Source: a virus (Duplodnaviria > Heunggongvirae > Uroviricota > Caudoviricetes). From it: DNA of 7,970 nucleotides. This document shows, in pieces, positions 5,426 through 7,970 of this stretch. Positions within the stretch are counted from its first letter, which is position 1; every line of letters starts with the position of its first letter. Under the pieces are notes generated by a model. That model had not been told where the DNA came from. It worked only from the letters and a program-made list of their open reading frames with translations, and ran no database searches. Both the position numbers and the translations under genes were made by a program. The stretch is taken from IMG/VR virus record IMGVR_UViG_2698536392_000014, positions 1 through 7,970 of that record; one strand, given 5' to 3'.

Positions 5426-6502
5426 ATGCTTAATACTGTAAAAATATCCAGTTGTGAGTTAATCAACGCTGATTGCCTGGAATTTATCCAGACCTTACCG
5501 GAAAACTCTGTCGATCTGATAGTCACAGACCCGCCATACTTTAAAGTGAAGCCCGAGGGCTGGGATAACCAGTGGAAGGGCGACGATGATTACCTGAAGT
5601 GGCTGGACCAGTGTCTGGTGCAGTTCTGGCGGGTGCTGAAACCTGCCGGAAGTCTTTACCTGTTCTGTGGCCATCGCCTGGCATCTGACATTGAAATCAT
5701 GATGCGTGAACGCTTCAATGTGCTGAACCATATTATCTGGGCGAAGCCGTCCGGACGCTGGAACGGGTGCAACAAGGAAAGCCTGCGGGCGTATTTTCCG
5801 GCCACAGAACGCATTCTGTTCGCGGAACATTATCAGGGGCCGTATCGTCCGAAAGATGATGGCGATGAGGCGAAGGGCAGGGCACTGAAACAGCATGTGA
5901 TGGCCCCGCTGATTTCTTACTTTCGTGATGCGCGTGCTGCTCTTGGGATAACGGCAAAACAGATTGCAGATGCCACAGGAAAGAAAAACATGGTGTCGCA
6001 CTGGTTCAGTGCCAGTCAGTGGCAGCTACCGAACGAAAGCGATTATCTGAAATTACAGTCGCTGTTTGCCCGGGTGGCAGAAGAGAAACATCAGCGGGGA
6101 GAACTGGAAAAGTCCCATTACCAACTGGTCAGCACATACAGTGAGCTGAACCGGCAGTATATGGAACTGCTGAGTGAATATAAGCATCTGCGGCGGTATT
6201 TCGGTGTGACGGTGCAGGTGCCGTACACCGATGTGTGGACGCATAAACCGGTGCAGTACTATCCAGGGAAACATCCGTGCGAAAAACCGGCAGAAATGCT
6301 GCGGCAGATAATCTGCGCGAGCAGTCGTCCGGGTGACCTGGTGGCGGATTTTTTCATGGGTTCTGGCTCAACCATAAAAGCAGCTATGGAGCTCGGGCGT
6401 CGTGCAACTGGTGTTGAACTGGAGGCAGAACGTTTTGCGCAGACCGTTAAGGAGATTAGTCACATCCTTACATGCTCAATTGATGACGGGAAGGATGGAT
6501 AA
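5426..6502 (+). CDS. DNA methyltransferase, beta-class amino-MTase (N6-adenine or N4-cytosine), 358 aa, apparently orphan
   Basis: Motif IV DPPY near the N-terminus (..VDLIVTDPPYF..) and AdoMet motif I near the C-terminus (..DLVADFFMGSGSTIKAA..); order IV-I defines the beta class, with a central target-recognition region containing an HTH-like stretch. No restriction endonuclease gene adjacent. ATG at 5426 has no obvious Shine-Dalgarno. Confidence 0.9.
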   Translation: MLNTVKISSCELINADCLEFIQTLPENSVDLIVTDPPYFKVKPEGWDNQWKGDDDYLKWLDQCLVQFWRVLKPAGSLYLFCGHRLASDIEIMMRERFNVLNHIIWAKPSGRWNGCNKESLRAYFPATERILFAEHYQGPYRPKDDGDEAKGRALKQHVMAPLISYFRDARAALGITAKQIADATGKKNMVSHWFSASQWQLPNESDYLKLQSLFARVAEEKHQRGELEKSHYQLVSTYSELNRQYMELLSEYKHLRRYFGVTVQVPYTDVWTHKPVQYYPGKHPCEKPAEMLRQIICASSRPGDLVADFFMGSGSTIKAAMELGRRATGVELEAERFAQTVKEISHILTCSIDDGKDG

Positions 6503-6613
6503 AGATATGGTCAGTTCAGGCTGTGAAGCAAGTAGACAGATAAGGCTGCAATAAAAACTGACAATAGTAAAATAGCTTTTTCCCAGGTAGTCATGAATAC
6601 GATCTCTTAAAGC

Positions 6614-6633
6614 GCCCGCTGATACCAGCGGGC
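6614..6633. other. GC-rich hairpin downstream of the methyltransferase gene
   Basis: Perfect 8-bp stem GCCCGCTG with CAGCGGGC and loop ATAC. Only a short T run on the minus-strand side and none on the plus side, so a weak terminator at best. Confidence 0.3.
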
Positions 6634-7271
6634 AATACATACTGGCATTAATGTTAAGTTCAGGGATAATTCATCGTATTTTGTGGTACGACGCTATCAA
6701 TATTAATAAACAGTATTTTTCATGTAAAATTTCTGTTTTTTGATCTGATTCTCGTTTCCTGGGTTATGATGTTGTTGTGAACCATGCTGTTGAATGATAA
6801 TGTTCGGGTATAAAATTGTTGCTGATATGTAGCGCAGTGAGCAGGTGGTATTTCTGTTGCTGAGTGTACGGATACAGTGCTTCCCTCCCTCAGCGGGGGG
6901 GCAGGTGTGCTGTGGTTTTAGAGACACCGGAAACGAGAATGATGCGGGTTTGCTGGTGCCGGGATAGAGTCGCCGGAGGTCATGACATAGAGCAAAAAAG
7001 GAATGTGCATGCAAATACACACCTCTTCGGAGATCTCTTCTTTATATGGATGAGCCTCAAGGTCAATAGTTTATCTGTTATGTATTCATATGTTGTTACT
7101 TATATAATCCATACGGGCATATCATCAGTACACACATACTATTATGGCATTTTATTTTTGTTTTAACTGAATTCCCGGGGCACTCTTTTTGATTTCTGAT
7201 AAGGAACCAGAATTTTCTGTTAAATGGTGTCACGTTGTAAATGGTTAATGGAAGCAGCTTATTATCCATAA

Positions 7272-7295
7272 TCACACCTGAGTTAACAGGTGTGA
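7272..7295. promoter_or_regulatory. perfect 9-bp inverted repeat TCACACCTG-AGTTAA-CAGGTGTGA, candidate binding site for a dimeric regulator
   Basis: Exact palindrome arms with a 6-bp spacer, inside an ORF-poor AT-rich region about 430 bp upstream of the next gene start. Confidence 0.35.
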
Positions 7296-7722
7296 GAATA
7301 CTTCCGGGTGGCAGGAACACATCTGACTGATACCAGATTATCAACTTTATTTTACACCATACAGTTGAAAACGTTATTCCGCTTGATGGGCATATCACTG
7401 TGTCAATAACTATCCATTCCATCTTTTAACCTTCTCGGTACACATTGCTTTCGATTGTTTTGCTAAAAATCATAGTCAATAAATCAGTGTAACTCATTGA
7501 AAAAGATCGTCTTCTTTGTCTTCCTGGGGTTTTCTTTTCTAATTTTGTATCACTTTGGTTCAAGTTGTTTCATTTTTTTGTAATACAAATTAGCAGGATG
7601 AGCGGGAATATAAAAAAATCGGATGTTTTTGTAATGGATATTATTTTTTGTAAAATAATGTATTTTTATTTAAATCTCTATCAGAAAAGAATTTATTGTT
7701 CCTTTATATGGTGGAAAAGGTC

Positions 7723-7970
7723 ATGGTATTTAAACACTACGATGTGGTCAGGGCGGCGTCGCCGTCAGATCTTGCGGAAAAGCTGACACAAAAACTGAAG
7801 GAGGGGTGGCAGCCATTTGGCAGCCCGGTGGCCATCACGCCTTATACTCTGATGCAGGCCATTGCTGCGGAAGGTGATGTCACCCCACCTGTGTTGGTGA
7901 AGCCGTCGGATGGAGAAGGCACAGTAATCAGCGCCACCAGAGACCCGGAGTATTACTTTGTTGTGGTTCT
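7723..7970 (+). CDS. hypothetical protein, 5' partial (first 82 codons; continues beyond window)
   Basis: Not in the ORF track because no stop is reached. ATG at 7723 (alternative in-frame ATG at 7708) preceded by AAAGG; translation MVFKHYDVVRAASPSDLAEKLTQKLKEGWQPFGSPVAITPYTLMQAIAAEGDV... is open to the window end, with a clear shift to higher GC and typical codon usage after the AT-rich spacer. Confidence 0.5.
   Translation, partial: MVFKHYDVVRAASPSDLAEKLTQKLKEGWQPFGSPVAITPYTLMQAIAAEGDVTPPVLVKPSDGEGTVISATRDPEYYFVVV

Noticed and set aside
5251-6274. ORFs 5251..5433 (+), 5495..6001 (-), 5733..5957 (-) and 6053..6274 (-)
   Set aside because: They overlap the terminator and leader or are antisense to the methyltransferase gene, whose motifs are unambiguous.
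7540-7570. GGTTCAAGTTG resembling a tRNA T-loop, considered as a tRNA remnant or att site
   Set aside because: It does not continue into the TCC plus acceptor-stem pattern of a tRNA 3' end, and no cloverleaf can be drawn around it.
6703-7786. ORFs 6703..7020 (-), 6864..7166 (+), 7096..7422 (-) and 7565..7786 (+) in the AT-rich spacer
   Set aside because: They overlap one another, have skewed composition (Cys, Trp, Phe, Tyr, Ile rich) typical of random ORFs in AT-rich DNA, and weak or absent start signals. The 7096..7422 ORF has a GAAGG upstream and is the least unlikely.
1-7970. CRISPR arrays, rRNA genes, integrase or attachment sites, restriction endonuclease partner for the methyltransferase
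   Set aside because: No regularly spaced direct repeats, no rRNA or tRNA-like sequence, no tyrosine recombinase ORF, and no ORF adjacent to the methyltransferase that could encode a nuclease were found by eye.

Overview
This window is accessory, horizontally acquired DNA: an IS3-family insertion abutting a defective lambdoid (Rac/P22-like) prophage remnant. All protein-family calls are from reading the translations by eye; nothing was searched. Left to right: (1) the right-hand ~420 bp of an IS3-family element (3' part of transposase orfB, inverted repeat ending near 421). (2) The leftward early arm of the prophage on the minus strand: a 359-aa protein of unknown function whose 3' end runs into the IS, then 62-aa and 72-aa ORFs separated by long hairpin-rich ORF-free gaps, plus a plus-strand zinc-ribbon gene. 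(3) An immunity switch: a LexA/cI-type repressor (HTH + S24 autopeptidase) divergent from a Cro-like gene, a YdaT/CII-like gene and a coupled 49-codon ORF. Sigma70-like promoters face outward on both sides of the repressor, each next to a copy of TTGAATATAAAT. (4) No replication genes; instead two intrinsic terminators, a 65-aa winged-helix-like ORF (possibly a remnant of an O-type initiator), a structured leader and a 358-aa beta-class amino (N6A/N4C) DNA methyltransferase. (5) About 1.2 kb of AT-rich DNA without credible ORFs, containing a perfect 9-bp inverted repeat, then the 5' end of a GC-richer gene that runs off the window. No rRNA, tRNA or CRISPR array was seen. I could not identify a complete, recognisable defence system. 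The best candidates for undescribed biology are the structured non-coding regions, the orphan 359-aa protein, and the small-protein/zinc-ribbon cluster beside the repressor.
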